A DNA stretch of 64,000 nucleotides from Hyalangium minutum (GCF_000737315.1 NZ_JMCB01000008.1:434001-498000), one strand, 5' to 3'; positions 27,289-37,607 are shown, counted from the stretch's first letter. Made by a program: numbers and translations. The notes: a model not told the origin generated them from the sequence alone.

Positions 27289-28518
27289 TCAGTTGCCGGT
27301 GCCGTAGACCGCGTCGCGCACGGAGACGGTGAAAGCTCCCGACATGCCTTCGAACGCCGTGTTGGTGAGCGCCACGACCGTCAGGCGGCGCTGGGGATCC
27401 ACGAACCAGTTGTGGCCGTAGGCTCCGCCCCACTGCCAGGTCCCCGCCGACTGCGGGCTCCGCGTCTGCGCCGGGTCGACGAGCACCGCCCCGATGAAGC
27501 CGAAGCCCCAGCCAGGCCCCTGCGTCTGAGCCTCCGGGCCCACCTGGGCGGAGCCCAGCTGCTCGACGGTGGCCGCAGGCAGGACCGGCGCCCCGCCCGT
27601 CCGCAGCGTCTCCAGGAACTTCAGGAAGTCACCCGCCGTTCCCACCATGCCCGCCCCTCCGGACGGGAAGGCGCGCGGGTTCAAGGCCCGCCCGGGGGCG
27701 AAATGGACGCCAGCGCCGTAGTAGGGCACCACCTGATCCTTGCCCATGCGAACCGGCTCCGGCTTCCCGTCCGCGTAGGGCGTCGCGAGCCTGCTCGCGT
27801 CCTTCACGCTGAAGCCCGTGTCCTTCATGCCCAGCGGTCCGGTGACGAGCCGCTCGACCACCCGAGGCAGGGGCGCGCCTCCGGCTCGGGCGATGACCGC
27901 GCCCAGGACATCCGTCGCCATGGAGTAGCCCCACTGCTTCCCAGGCTCGGAGGACAGCGGCACCGAGGCGATCCGGCGAAGGTTCTCCTCCAGGGACACC
28001 TCGGACCCATCCAGGCCCGTCGAGACCCCGGCCCGGTGATACGGCCCCTGCTCCGGCTCCCGGAAGCTGTACGTCAGGCCCGCGGTATGGGTCAGCAGGT
28101 GGCGCACGGTGATGACGGGCTCGCGGCCATCCGCCAGCTTCGGCCGGAAGGTGGGAAGCCACTTCTTGATGGGCTCGTCCAGCGCCAGCTTGTGCTGCTC
28201 CGCCAGCGCCAGCGCCGTCACGGCCACGATGGGCTTGCTCATGGACGCCAGGCGGAACACCTCATTCTCCCGCATGGGCCGCCCCGCCTCGCGATCGGCC
28301 AGGCCCGCGGCGCGCCGGTAGACGATCTTACCGTCCTTCGCGACGAGGACGACGGCGCCGACAATGCGCTTCTCGGCGATCGCCTGGTCGATGCTCAAGT
28401 CCAGCCGCGCCGCGAGGGCACGTTCCTCGGAGAAGCCCGGGGGAGCGGGGGGAGTGGAGGGGGCTGGGGCTTGAGCGACGCTGACGGCCATCAGGGCGAT
28501 GGCGATGGCAGAATACAT
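27289..28518 (-). CDS. Secreted serine hydrolase, beta-lactamase/EstB (class C-like) family
   Basis: Signal peptide; FRLASMSK (SxxK), LLTHTAG, WGYS, WGGAYG. Confidence 0.93.
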   Translation of the reverse strand: MYSAIAIALMAVSVAQAPAPSTPPAPPGFSEERALAARLDLSIDQAIAEKRIVGAVVLVAKDGKIVYRRAAGLADREAGRPMRENEVFRLASMSKPIVAVTALALAEQHKLALDEPIKKWLPTFRPKLADGREPVITVRHLLTHTAGLTYSFREPEQGPYHRAGVSTGLDGSEVSLEENLRRIASVPLSSEPGKQWGYSMATDVLGAVIARAGGAPLPRVVERLVTGPLGMKDTGFSVKDASRLATPYADGKPEPVRMGKDQVVPYYGAGVHFAPGRALNPRAFPSGGAGMVGTAGDFLKFLETLRTGGAPVLPAATVEQLGSAQVGPEAQTQGPGWGFGFIGAVLVDPAQTRSPQSAGTWQWGGAYGHNWFVDPQRRLTVVALTNTAFEGMSGAFTVSVRDAVYGTGN

Positions 28519-28581
28519 AGGGTGATACTCCTGTTTATTGAGTGACCGCTACACAAATAAGGAACCCACCACCTCATTTCA

Positions 28582-28595
28582 ATAGCGAACGCTAT
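28582..28595. promoter_or_regulatory. Probable TetR operator palindrome
   Basis: ATAGCG-AA-CGCTAT overlaps the TetR start codon; a related imperfect palindrome TGAGTGACCGCTACA lies near 28540-28554. Confidence 0.55.
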
Positions 28596-29244
28596 GAAAA
28601 CCACTTCCTCCACAGAACGGCGTCCGCGCGGGCGCCCCCGCAGCTTCGACAGCTCAAGGGCGCTCGACCAAGCCCTGGAGGTGTTCTGGCGGCTAGGGTA
28701 CGAGGGCGCGTCGATCGCCGATCTCACCGAGGCGATGGGCATCACCGCGCCCAGCCTCTATGCCGCGTTCGGGTCCAAGGCCGAGCTCTACCGCCGGGTC
28801 TTGGAGCACTACCGAGCCCGGCAAGGCGGCTCGCAACCTCGCGCGCTCACCGAGGCGCCTACCGCCCGCGCCGGGGTGGAGCGGCTCCTGCAGGAGGCCG
28901 CCAGGGAGTTCTCCAGCCCTAAGCACCCTCCGGGATGCATGATCTCGACTGCGGTCCTGACGTGCGCGGAGGAGAACCAGCCCGTCGCCGAGCATGTCGC
29001 CTCCCTGAGAGCCGGTACACTGGCGGCGCTCCGGGCCCGCATCGAGCAGGGCATCGCCCGGGGAGAGCTGCCGGCCGGGACGGACGCGGCGGCGCTCGCC
29101 CGGTATTTCGGTGCCCTCCTCCAGGGCATGTCGGTGCAGGCGCTGGATGGCGCGAGCCAGGCCGAGCTCCTCGCGCTCGGGGAGATCGCGATGCGGGCCT
29201 GGGACAGCGTGGCCCAGCAGGCCACGTCGCCACGAAGACGTTGA
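28594..29244 (+). CDS. TetR/AcrR-family regulator
   Basis: RGRPRSFD..ALDQALEVFWRLGYEGASIADLTEAMGITAPSLYAAFGSK. Confidence 0.95.
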   Translation: MKTTSSTERRPRGRPRSFDSSRALDQALEVFWRLGYEGASIADLTEAMGITAPSLYAAFGSKAELYRRVLEHYRARQGGSQPRALTEAPTARAGVERLLQEAAREFSSPKHPPGCMISTAVLTCAEENQPVAEHVASLRAGTLAALRARIEQGIARGELPAGTDAAALARYFGALLQGMSVQALDGASQAELLALGEIAMRAWDSVAQQATSPRRR

Positions 29245-29299
29245 AGAGGGCTGCACGCTGAGTGCCCCGTCATGGGGCTCAGCGGGAGTGTGCGGCGCG

Positions 29300-29420
29300 T
29301 GCACCTTGTCCTTCCTCTATCGATCCGGAGCGAGCAGGCGTACCAGGCGCACTCTCTGCGGCAACGGCTGCGCTGGACGGAGGTGGACGTGCTGCCTCTT
29401 CCCGAAAGCAGCCCCGATGC
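29300..29420 (+). mobile_element. IS91 transposase internal remnant
   Basis: GGCGTACCAGGCGCACTCTCTGCGGCAACGGCTGCGCTGGACGGAGGTGGAC is near-identical to 22710-22760. Confidence 0.8.
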
Positions 29421-29429
29421 GAACCCAGT

Positions 29430-30035
29430 CAGGATGTGATGCTCGACTTCATGATGGGGCATTACCTGATCGCCTCGCTCGACGCGAACACGCAGTTCTC
29501 CGGGCACATCCTCCAGTGCCAGGAGGACAAGTTCAGGGACTCGCTCATCACACAGAGGCAAACCGGGACCGAGATCATCCGGGGGCAACGCGAGTTCTCC
29601 AATACGTTCAACATCGCCAACTGGGAGAGGCTCGGGCACTTCGCGCTCACCAAAGAGGCACTCGTGTACCTCATGAACAGCGTCATCAAGACGAAGCTCG
29701 CGCTGGCCATGGACACGAACCAGACGTTCCTCCGCACTTGGGTGCGCGTGCAGGCGGCGCTCGGCAACGCGAACACCCCCTACATCCTGGCCGGCATCCG
29801 AAAGACCAGTGCCTGGACGAAAGGGACCGCAGTCGATGTGGCACACGTGCCGAAGAACACGGATCCCGCCTTTGAGCATTGGGTCGTGATCCGCTCGCTC
29901 AAGGCCGCGTCCGACGACAGCGATTATTACGATGTTGAGTTCTGGACGTGGCAGCGGGACTACACGGTGAAGTTCAAGAAGTCCGTGATCAGCAGTTATC
30001 TCGCCTGCTTGGTCTACGGATTCCTCGAGGACTGA
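29430..30035 (+). pseudogene. 5'-truncated hypothetical gene, possible papain/C39-fold peptidase
   Basis: Natural GC3-biased frame starting at the IS junction; EHWVVI..DVEFWTW resembles the His/Asp strands of papain-like peptidases (inference). Confidence 0.5.
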
Positions 30036-30099
30036 CGGCGCCCAGGGCCTCACGCCGCAAGCTCGCTGCGGAGCCCCCTATACGCGAAACCGGACAGCC

Positions 30100-30445
30100 G
30101 TTTCGAACCGCCCCCACCGCCGGGAACCGGCAGGCGGCCAAGTCTCACCAGTGAGACTTTTGGAACGGCGGCGCAGAAGCGGGGAGCGCGACGGGCCCAG
30201 TCCACGATCGTGGACTGTCCCAGTCGTGTCCGGCGAAGACTCACGCCTGTCGCTTCAAGGGGTTGGCTGCTTGGGGCAGCCGTCCTGATGTTCCGTCCGT
30301 GAGTCACGGCCTCGCGTTCCGGAAGCCCGGGACGCGGGGCCTCTTTCCCCCGGGTTACCGGAGGCTGCCCTCATGTCCGACGCTCCCCTGCCCGCGCTGT
30401 TTCCTGGCTACGCCCGCGACGTGCAGTGCCAGCACATCTTCCTCC
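30100..30445 (+). repeat. Internally deleted copy of the 18200-19510 cassette
   Basis: About 30110-30280 matches 18210-18375 and about 30277-30445 matches 19347-19515; promoter and gene are missing. Confidence 0.9.
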
Positions 30446-30524
30446 TCGGCAGTGTCCGATAACTCGACAGCGGGCCCCGGCAGTCCCAGTCTCAGCCACC
30501 TCGATGGATAGATGAGGAGGGCCC

Positions 30525-30986
30525 ATGCTCCCGAGGATGCTCGCGGCCATCTGGCTCGTGGTCCTGTCCCTGCTGGGGAACTGCGCTGAAGCCTCACGAG
30601 AGGTCCGACAGGAGAGCGCCATCCCGGTGGATGACGGTGGTGGAGGTGGGGACTCCGTTAGCCCCCGCATCCTGGTCCTCATCGCGCGCGGGCAGTTCGC
30701 CGAGGCTCAGGTGCTCATCCAAGAGTCGCTCAGGGGCGGGCTGATGTCGCAAGCCTCAGCCACGGCGCTCCTGGTGCGCATTCAACTGCTCAACACGAAA
30801 CTGGGAGAGATCCCTGCACGTCTCCAACGGGTGGCCAACTTTCCCTCGGTGCTCAAGGACTTCACGTTGTACGAGATCCGGACCTTCCTGGAGCAGCGAG
30901 ACTATAGCATCGCCACGGAGGCCCAGCTCAAAATGGCTAAAAAGCTCATTGAGGAGAGCCCACGGCTGATGGAGAAGATCCCGTGA
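30525..30986 (+). CDS. Exported hypothetical protein, possible lipoprotein
   Basis: GAGGAGG RBS; hydrophobic signal ending in LLGNC (non-canonical lipobox). Confidence 0.75.
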   Translation: MLPRMLAAIWLVVLSLLGNCAEASREVRQESAIPVDDGGGGGDSVSPRILVLIARGQFAEAQVLIQESLRGGLMSQASATALLVRIQLLNTKLGEIPARLQRVANFPSVLKDFTLYEIRTFLEQRDYSIATEAQLKMAKKLIEESPRLMEKIP

Positions 30987-31522
30987 GCCCGCCCGTGAAA
31001 CCCGAGGAGTTGCTGGCGCGGCTGCGCTCTGCACGCGAGGCAGCAGGAGGCAAGCCAGGTGCGCTTGAGCGCCTACGGCTTCACCGCGAACTCGCTGCCG
31101 AAGCACCCGCGTTCGTCCCCAATCTGCTGGAACTGGGACGGTGTCTGCAGTTGGCCGAGCCGGCCGCAGGTGAGGACACCTTTACCGAGGCGGAGACCGT
31201 GCTGAAACAAGCGGTAGAGCTCTCAGAACGGAGCGCCCCCGCTCTGTTGGAGTTGGGCTATTTCCTGAACCTCATCCGGGACAGGCCGCAGGAAATGGAG
31301 CCACTGCTGGAGGAAGCCGCGGGGAAGTCCCTGCGTCTGCTGGAAGATGCCTGGAGCGGTCTCATCGACGCGCTGGTCGAGCAGGGCAAGTTGCAACGGG
31401 CACTCGCCTTGAGCGGTGAGGCCCTGCGTGTATTTCCAGAATCGGCTCGGATCACTCTGTCTTCGCAGTCCGCTCGGGCTCGGGCCATTCAGGAGGGCCT
31501 CTTACCGCCGGAACCATGCTGA
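30983..31522 (+). CDS. TPR-like helical partner protein
   Basis: Start overlaps the upstream stop (GTGA); LLELGRCL..AETVLKQAVEL..ALLELGYFL..AWSGLIDALVEQGK repeats. Confidence 0.8.
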   Translation: MSPPVKPEELLARLRSAREAAGGKPGALERLRLHRELAAEAPAFVPNLLELGRCLQLAEPAAGEDTFTEAETVLKQAVELSERSAPALLELGYFLNLIRDRPQEMEPLLEEAAGKSLRLLEDAWSGLIDALVEQGKLQRALALSGEALRVFPESARITLSSQSARARAIQEGLLPPEPC

Positions 31523-31692
31523 ATGACTCTGAGAGCCGGTTGTACTCAGGACAGGCCCAGAGCCTCTCTCCTGCCCTGATGGGCAGCCAACAGTCAAACC
31601 AGGATTAACAGTAAAAACCCTACAACTCCTGGTATGAGCTGTCATGACGCAGGCTCCGCACTTGAGCGGCAACCGCGTCACAGGAGGACTCC

Positions 31693-32361
31693 GTGAAGGG
31701 ACAAGAGAGAAACAGGGCATTTCGGACGGTGGTGCTGGCGGCGATGAGCTGGGGGCTGCTCGCGGGCTGTGGGCCCACGGACCTGGAGGAAGCTCTTGGG
31801 TCGAGCGAGGAGCTGGCCTCCCAGGAGGCGTCCTTGTACGCCAACCCGCGGTGCTCGACCGTGTGCAGTCCCACCGTGTCCTGTGACTTGATGTGCGATC
31901 TGGTCCCCGGAGAGCCGTCCACCTGCGGAGATCTGGGCCGGTGTATCGACGGCGATGTGGATGCGGACGGCGTCCCCTTCCCACAGGACAACTGCCCCAG
32001 GGATGCCAACCCCGACCAGTCCGACTGTGACGGGGATGGCCGGGGCGACGCCTGCGAGACCGATCCCGGCTACTTCGTCTACAAGGCCCCCACCATGATG
32101 CTGTGCCACTTCGACCCGGACATGAGCATCAGCGGCGTCGATGTGGAGATCTACACGGCGGACGTGTACCAGGACATCAGCTGCCTCCACCTCCCGGATC
32201 GTTACGCGCGGCGCGAGGTGTCCAGCGTCCACTGCGGCTTCCACAGCGAGAGCACCTGCCAGAACCGTGTGGCGGAGCGTGTTCAGGAGCTGATGGCTCA
32301 GGGGTACTACCCCATCACCACCAGCTCAGACCAGGACATGTGCCCCTACCCGCGCTTGTAG
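31693..32361 (+). CDS. Cys-rich lipoprotein with thrombospondin type-3-like repeat
   Basis: GGAGG RBS; lipobox LAGC; D.DADGVP..QDNCP..ANPDQSDCDGDGRGDAC. Confidence 0.85.
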   Translation: MKGQERNRAFRTVVLAAMSWGLLAGCGPTDLEEALGSSEELASQEASLYANPRCSTVCSPTVSCDLMCDLVPGEPSTCGDLGRCIDGDVDADGVPFPQDNCPRDANPDQSDCDGDGRGDACETDPGYFVYKAPTMMLCHFDPDMSISGVDVEIYTADVYQDISCLHLPDRYARREVSSVHCGFHSESTCQNRVAERVQELMAQGYYPITTSSDQDMCPYPRL

Positions 32362-32406
32362 GGGCGCGCGTTCGCTCCTGCTCAAGCAGAGAGCTCCTGG
32401 GGAGTG

Positions 32407-34368
32407 TCACTGACAGGAGGCGTCGCTGCGCTCCACGCTGACGCTCTCCTGGCTCTGGCCGACGCCGTCCACCCGGATGCGCCAGGCGTGGCCGGCGGCG
32501 CAGGCCTGCACCTCGTACACGCTCCCGCTGCCGGAAGAGGAGACACGCGCGTGCTGGGTGGCGTACTCGCCAGCGGCAAAGAGGGTGGCGTAGTCCGTCT
32601 CGCCCCCCTGCCGCTGATAGAGCAGCACCGTCGCCTCCCTCTGCTTGCCGTAGTTGGTGCTGTACCAGCCATCCACCGGCTCCTTGCCGCCCCGCACCGT
32701 GGAGACGGACAGCCCCCGCGGGTTGGCTTGGACGATGCGCAGCAACCGCTGTCCCTCCTCGTTTTCCACCCGCGCCGTGGTGCCCTCCAGCGTGGGCATG
32801 AGGTCGGGCGGCAGGTGCCAGCGCTGCTCGTACTGGTGAGGCGTATCGGCCGTGAGGCGGTCGAGCACCAGCACCACGTCCTTCTCCAGCAGGAAGAGGC
32901 TGCGCCAGTGCATCACGCCCTCGTAGAGCGTGTGGTGGCCCGACTGGTAGAGCCACCCGTCCCCGGTGATGCTGGTGCCCAGCACGGCGTCCCCGAGGGC
33001 CTGGTCCTTGCCGTCCACCACCACCGTGTTGTGGGCGCGCGTGCCCTGGTAGTAGTCCTTCTCCGGCCCTGGATCTTCCGTGAACATCCCCGAGTCCGTC
33101 AGCAGCGTGCGGCCGGCTGCGAAGAGGACGAGGTTCAGCGCGTCCAGTTGACTGTGGTCGGTGCGGAAGGGGCCCGCGTCGAAGGTGACGTGTGTCTGCG
33201 CCAGGTACTCCTTCTGGCCTCCGAAGTCCGAGCGCAGGATGGCGAGGCCGCCGCTCCAGTACGTGGACAGCCGGTCGGTGGGTGCGGTGCCACACATGCC
33301 GGCGCTCAGCGTGTGGCGGAACTCGGGGTACTTCTCCGCCAGCCCGTAGAAGAGCGGGGGCAGGAAGCGGCGCACCTGGCGCGCTTGGCTGGCACCGAGC
33401 ATGGGGATGTTCCCATCGGGCTGGATGATGCGCGCGCCCACGTACACCATGCGATCGACGGCGGCCCAGAGGTTCCCCGGCAGCTTCACGTCGTACTTCT
33501 TGGCCCAGCCCGCGAGCATCCACACCTGGGCCATGACGTAGAAGTGGTAGTAGACCGAGTTCTCGACGATGAAGCCGTCAGGCGCGATGACCAGGTCGAG
33601 CAAGTCGGCGTAGCGCGAGAGGACCAGCTCGCGCCAGCCGGGTGACTCGGGCCAGCCTGGGAAGTTCTCCGCCACCAAGAGCAGCCCGGCCGCCTGGGCG
33701 AAACCGTGGTTGTAGCTGTCCTCGAAGTTCCTCGGTTTGGCGAGGAAGACCGCGTCCGAGCGAATCATGTCCTCGAGCAGGCGCGCCTCCTGGTGAGAGA
33801 GCGCGTTGGCGTGCTTGAGCTTCCAGTAGGTGTTGACGAGCACCATGGCGCGGAAGGCCGTGCCGTGCTTGTCCCAGCCGTAGGGCGAGGAGGGACCGTG
33901 CTGCGAATAACTCTCGAGCACCTGCATGAGCTTGTCGCGGTACTTGCGCAGCCCCGTCTCGCGGTAGGCCCACAAGAGGTGGGCGGTGGGCCGCAGCCCG
34001 TAGAAGACGAACTGCCAGTACTTCTCCCCGTAGGGGTCCTCCCGCCAGGTGAGGGAGTGGGGCAGCTTCACCGGCTCGTAGCGGGGCACGGGCCACGTGT
34101 CTTCCATGATGAGGTCGGCGCTCTCGAGGTCACCCTCATCCAGCTCGATATAGGCAATCTCCTTGCCCCATCGGTGGCCTTCCACGACGCACTCCCCCCC
34201 GTCGCACTCACCCCGCTCCGAGTGCTCGGGCTCCTGCTCTTCGCAGAAGTAGGCCGCGAACCTGTCCTTGCCGGGATTCTCCGTGCACCCGGGCAGGGAA
34301 GACAGGAGCACGCTCGCTCCCACCAGAGCGACGACGGACCGCCAGACCATGCCTCTTCTCCGTTTCAT
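32407..34368 (-). CDS. Heparinase II/III-family polysaccharide lyase, lipoprotein
   Basis: Lipobox LPGC; YNHGFAQ, ENSVYYHFY, QPDG.IPMLG, FDAGP..TDHSQLD.L, LTDSG, T.AHNTVVVDG. Confidence 0.88.
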   Translation of the reverse strand: MKRRRGMVWRSVVALVGASVLLSSLPGCTENPGKDRFAAYFCEEQEPEHSERGECDGGECVVEGHRWGKEIAYIELDEGDLESADLIMEDTWPVPRYEPVKLPHSLTWREDPYGEKYWQFVFYGLRPTAHLLWAYRETGLRKYRDKLMQVLESYSQHGPSSPYGWDKHGTAFRAMVLVNTYWKLKHANALSHQEARLLEDMIRSDAVFLAKPRNFEDSYNHGFAQAAGLLLVAENFPGWPESPGWRELVLSRYADLLDLVIAPDGFIVENSVYYHFYVMAQVWMLAGWAKKYDVKLPGNLWAAVDRMVYVGARIIQPDGNIPMLGASQARQVRRFLPPLFYGLAEKYPEFRHTLSAGMCGTAPTDRLSTYWSGGLAILRSDFGGQKEYLAQTHVTFDAGPFRTDHSQLDALNLVLFAAGRTLLTDSGMFTEDPGPEKDYYQGTRAHNTVVVDGKDQALGDAVLGTSITGDGWLYQSGHHTLYEGVMHWRSLFLLEKDVVLVLDRLTADTPHQYEQRWHLPPDLMPTLEGTTARVENEEGQRLLRIVQANPRGLSVSTVRGGKEPVDGWYSTNYGKQREATVLLYQRQGGETDYATLFAAGEYATQHARVSSSGSGSVYEVQACAAGHAWRIRVDGVGQSQESVSVERSDASCQ

Positions 34369-34713
34369 CCACCGTGTGTTGCCCTTGTGGCGCGCCCCAA
34401 CTAGCTGCCTGACGGTGGGGCGCCAATCGCATGGCAGGGCGGGTGGGGGTCCAAGAACGAACGCCCTACCCGTCCGGGTGGCTGGCGCGGAAACTGCTAG
34501 AGGCTCGTGACGTGCGGCGGCTCCGCCACACCCGAAGTGCTTTGCGGGCCCGGGGAGAGAAGGAGGCCGCGTCCTCGGCGTGGCTGACCTCGGATGGCCG
34601 CCAGCTCCTGCTCGAAGTTCGCGGACGACCTCTGGGTGGACATGGGCTGGAATGCCCGGGACGGCTCGGGCGTCACGGTCCACGCCGTGAAGCCCGAGGA
34701 GGAGCCCTGAGCA

Positions 34714-35865
34714 CTACCAGGGGCAGTTGACGACCTGGACGGTGCGCGTCACGGGCGTGGCGCTGTTGCCGCCACCGTCCGTCACGTTGTAGGTCAACGT
34801 GTACACGCCGACGGCCCAGGCATTCACTTCGCCCGTGCGCGACACCCACGGCGTGATGTTTCCGGAGCACGCATCGGTCGCCGTCACGCCCGGATCTGTC
34901 CACGGGGTGTTGCACGTGTGCACGATGGACGCGGAGCCGAGGAGCGTCAGCGAGGGCGCCGTCGTGTCATCCACGATCACCGTGCGGGTGACGTCCACAG
35001 ACCCCGCATGGTTCCACGTGGAGTACGAGACCGGGTACGAGCCCTCGTAGCTCAGCAGAGGGCCCGGCCCGGAGGAGTCCGTGCCCGTGTTGTACGCATG
35101 CACCACCAGCGGGTTGCCGCACCCATCCACAGCCTGAGCGCCCGGATCGCTGTACGTCCCTCCCTTGACGCACTCCAGTGTCAGCGGCGAGCCGCCGTTG
35201 ACCGTGAGCACCGGAGGCAGCGACGCACAGGCCTGCGCGCCGAGGATGGGCGGCGTCGTCGTGGTGAAGAAGTTGGCATAGCTGGCGACGAAGTTATTCC
35301 CCTGCCAGATCGGGTACGGCCAGGGGATGGTCGCGGGATCCTCCGTGAGCGCGTTGCCGGTGAAGGTGCCACTCACCTCGACGTAAGGGCCCTGGATGGT
35401 GAGCGCGTCCAGCAAGACGGCGCCAGGATACCCGGCCGCACCGTTTGGTGGGACGATCGCGGACGACAACCCTGCTCCCCTCAGGGTCCCCAGGGTGTTC
35501 GGGTCGAGGTTCCGGACGCTGACGCGCGTAATGTCCCCCATGAACCGGACGAACTCTCCATAGGTATACGCCGCCACGATGCCGTCAGCGCTGGCTTGGA
35601 TCGCGACCTGCGGCAGGGCCCTCGAGGTCGTCAGTTCGAGGGACTTAGGCTGCACCGTGCAGGTGGGCGCGAGGACGGAACTCTCGACAGTGATTCTGTA
35701 GAAGGGCCGGGGGTATGGGATCGGGTCCACGTCTTCGAGGACCTTGATTGAATAACCACAGCCTCCCCGTGCTGTTTGAGCGGCGCCGACGACAGGGAGA
35801 CTGGCCAGAGCCGAGGTTCCCAGCAGAGAGACCATCCCGAGGACTACTTTTCCAAGCATTTGCAT
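34714..35865 (-). CDS. Secreted protein with two C-terminal DUF5011/HYR-like Ig domains
   Basis: Signal peptide; PPVLTVNG..PLTLEC..Y.DPGA.A.D and D.TAP.LTLLG..W.DPG.TATD.C..Y.VTD..GN. Confidence 0.85.
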   Translation of the reverse strand: MQMLGKVVLGMVSLLGTSALASLPVVGAAQTARGGCGYSIKVLEDVDPIPYPRPFYRITVESSVLAPTCTVQPKSLELTTSRALPQVAIQASADGIVAAYTYGEFVRFMGDITRVSVRNLDPNTLGTLRGAGLSSAIVPPNGAAGYPGAVLLDALTIQGPYVEVSGTFTGNALTEDPATIPWPYPIWQGNNFVASYANFFTTTTPPILGAQACASLPPVLTVNGGSPLTLECVKGGTYSDPGAQAVDGCGNPLVVHAYNTGTDSSGPGPLLSYEGSYPVSYSTWNHAGSVDVTRTVIVDDTTAPSLTLLGSASIVHTCNTPWTDPGVTATDACSGNITPWVSRTGEVNAWAVGVYTLTYNVTDGGGNSATPVTRTVQVVNCPW

Positions 35866-36077
35866 TGTTGTACCTCCCGTGGTGACCGTCGGGCCGCGAA
35901 GCTAGCGCCAAGCCGCGTTCCGTGGAAGACGTGAATGAGAGGGAAAGCCGGTAAGTTTTTAGAAGACACAGGCACGTCCCCCCCCTGGCCAGAGGGAGTA
36001 CACGCTGGCTACGCTCGCGTCCGTCAGGTGTGCCCTGCGCCCACCCCATCGCGCCGCAGGTCCCCAGGGAGGCTGCC

Positions 36078-37595
36078 TTGAAGGTTTCCGTTGTCCGCCG
36101 GTACGAGTCGAAGCTTGGTGACTCGGACTTCCATCCGTATCGCACCGGTGCCTGGACGCCGAACACGGTGGAAGTCGATGCCACCGACCTGGATGTGATT
36201 GCGGGGGAGATTCCGCGTGATCTCGCAGGCCTCTACCTGCGCAACACGGAGAACCCTCTCTTTGAGGCCATCACCGGCCGCTATCACCCGTTCGACGGCG
36301 ACGGGATGGTGCACGCCCTCCGCTTCCAGGAGGGCCGCGCGGAGTACCGCAATCGCTTCGTGAAGACCGCAGGGCTGCTCGCCGAGCTCGAAGCCGGCGG
36401 CGCGCTGTGGGCCGGAATCCTCGAGTCCCCCGAGGCCTCGCAGCGCGATGGCTGGGGCGCCCGGACGCGGATGAAGGATGCCTCGTCCACGGACATCCTC
36501 GTTCACCGGGGCGAAGCGCTCACCACCTTCTATCAGTGCGGAGATGCGTACCGGCTCGATCCGTACACGCTCGAGACGCGCGGCACGGTGCACTGGAGCG
36601 AGCAGACGCAAGGGAACCCGGGCGTGCGCGGGGTGTTCCCGAAGGGCGCGACTGTGTCCGCGCATCCGAAGGTGGACGAGCAAACCGGCGAGCTGCTGTT
36701 CTTCAACTACTCGAAGGAAGCGCCGTTCATGCACTTCGGGGTGATCAACGCGGAGGGGAAGCTCGCCCGCTACGTGCCGGTGCCCCTGCCGGGCCCGCGC
36801 CTTCCGCACGACATGGCGTTCACCGAAAACTACGCCATCCTCAATGACTTCCCGATGATGTGGGACCCGGAGCGGCTCGCGAAGAACCAGCACCGCCCCG
36901 TGTACCGCCCGGAGCTGGGTTCACGCTTCGGGATCGTGCGCCGCGATGGCACCGGCTCCGTGCGCTGGTTCGAGGCGTCGCCCACCTACGTGCTGCACTT
37001 CTCCAACGCGTACGAGGAGGGCGACGAGATCATCCTCGAGGGCTACCACCAGGGTGCGCCGATTCCGAAGCGGCTCGAGGGCGAGACGGCGATCGATGCG
37101 TTCCGCAAGAGCCTGGACATGCGCGAGCTGCAGACGCGGCTCCACCGCTGGCGGTTCAACCTGTCCACGGGACAGACGAAGGAAGCGTTCCTCGATGATG
37201 AGGTGACCGAGTTCCCGACCATCGACAACCGCCTGGGCGGAAGGAAGCACCGCAAGGTGATCGCGATGACGGGCGAGCCGGGGCACTTCCTCTTCAACGG
37301 CCTGGTGGCGTACGACGTGGAGCGCGGGACGAAGCAGTCGTACCGCTTCCCGGAGGGCGTCTTCGCCAGCGAGTCCCCCATCGCCCCGCGCACGGGAGCA
37401 CGCGGCGAGGCCGACGGTTACGTGGTGACCTTCGTGAGCGACCTGGGCAACGACAGCAGCGAGTGCCAGGTCTTCGACGCGGGGGAGATCGCCCGCGGCC
37501 CCATCGCGCGCATCCGGCTGCCGCACCGGATCTCCAGCGGTACGCACGCCACGTGGGTGTCCGAGGAGGACCTCGCGAAGCACCGCGCGCGGTAG
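36078..37595 (+). CDS. Carotenoid oxygenase / lignostilbene dioxygenase (RPE65) family
   Basis: GGGAGG then TTG; YHPFDGDGMVH, SAHPKVD, LPHDMAFTENY, LHFSNAYE, SGTHATW (four His ligands). Confidence 0.93.
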   Translation: MKVSVVRRYESKLGDSDFHPYRTGAWTPNTVEVDATDLDVIAGEIPRDLAGLYLRNTENPLFEAITGRYHPFDGDGMVHALRFQEGRAEYRNRFVKTAGLLAELEAGGALWAGILESPEASQRDGWGARTRMKDASSTDILVHRGEALTTFYQCGDAYRLDPYTLETRGTVHWSEQTQGNPGVRGVFPKGATVSAHPKVDEQTGELLFFNYSKEAPFMHFGVINAEGKLARYVPVPLPGPRLPHDMAFTENYAILNDFPMMWDPERLAKNQHRPVYRPELGSRFGIVRRDGTGSVRWFEASPTYVLHFSNAYEEGDEIILEGYHQGAPIPKRLEGETAIDAFRKSLDMRELQTRLHRWRFNLSTGQTKEAFLDDEVTEFPTIDNRLGGRKHRKVIAMTGEPGHFLFNGLVAYDVERGTKQSYRFPEGVFASESPIAPRTGARGEADGYVVTFVSDLGNDSSECQVFDAGEIARGPIARIRLPHRISSGTHATWVSEEDLAKHRAR

Positions 37596-37607
37596 CGCAT
37601 CCAGCGG

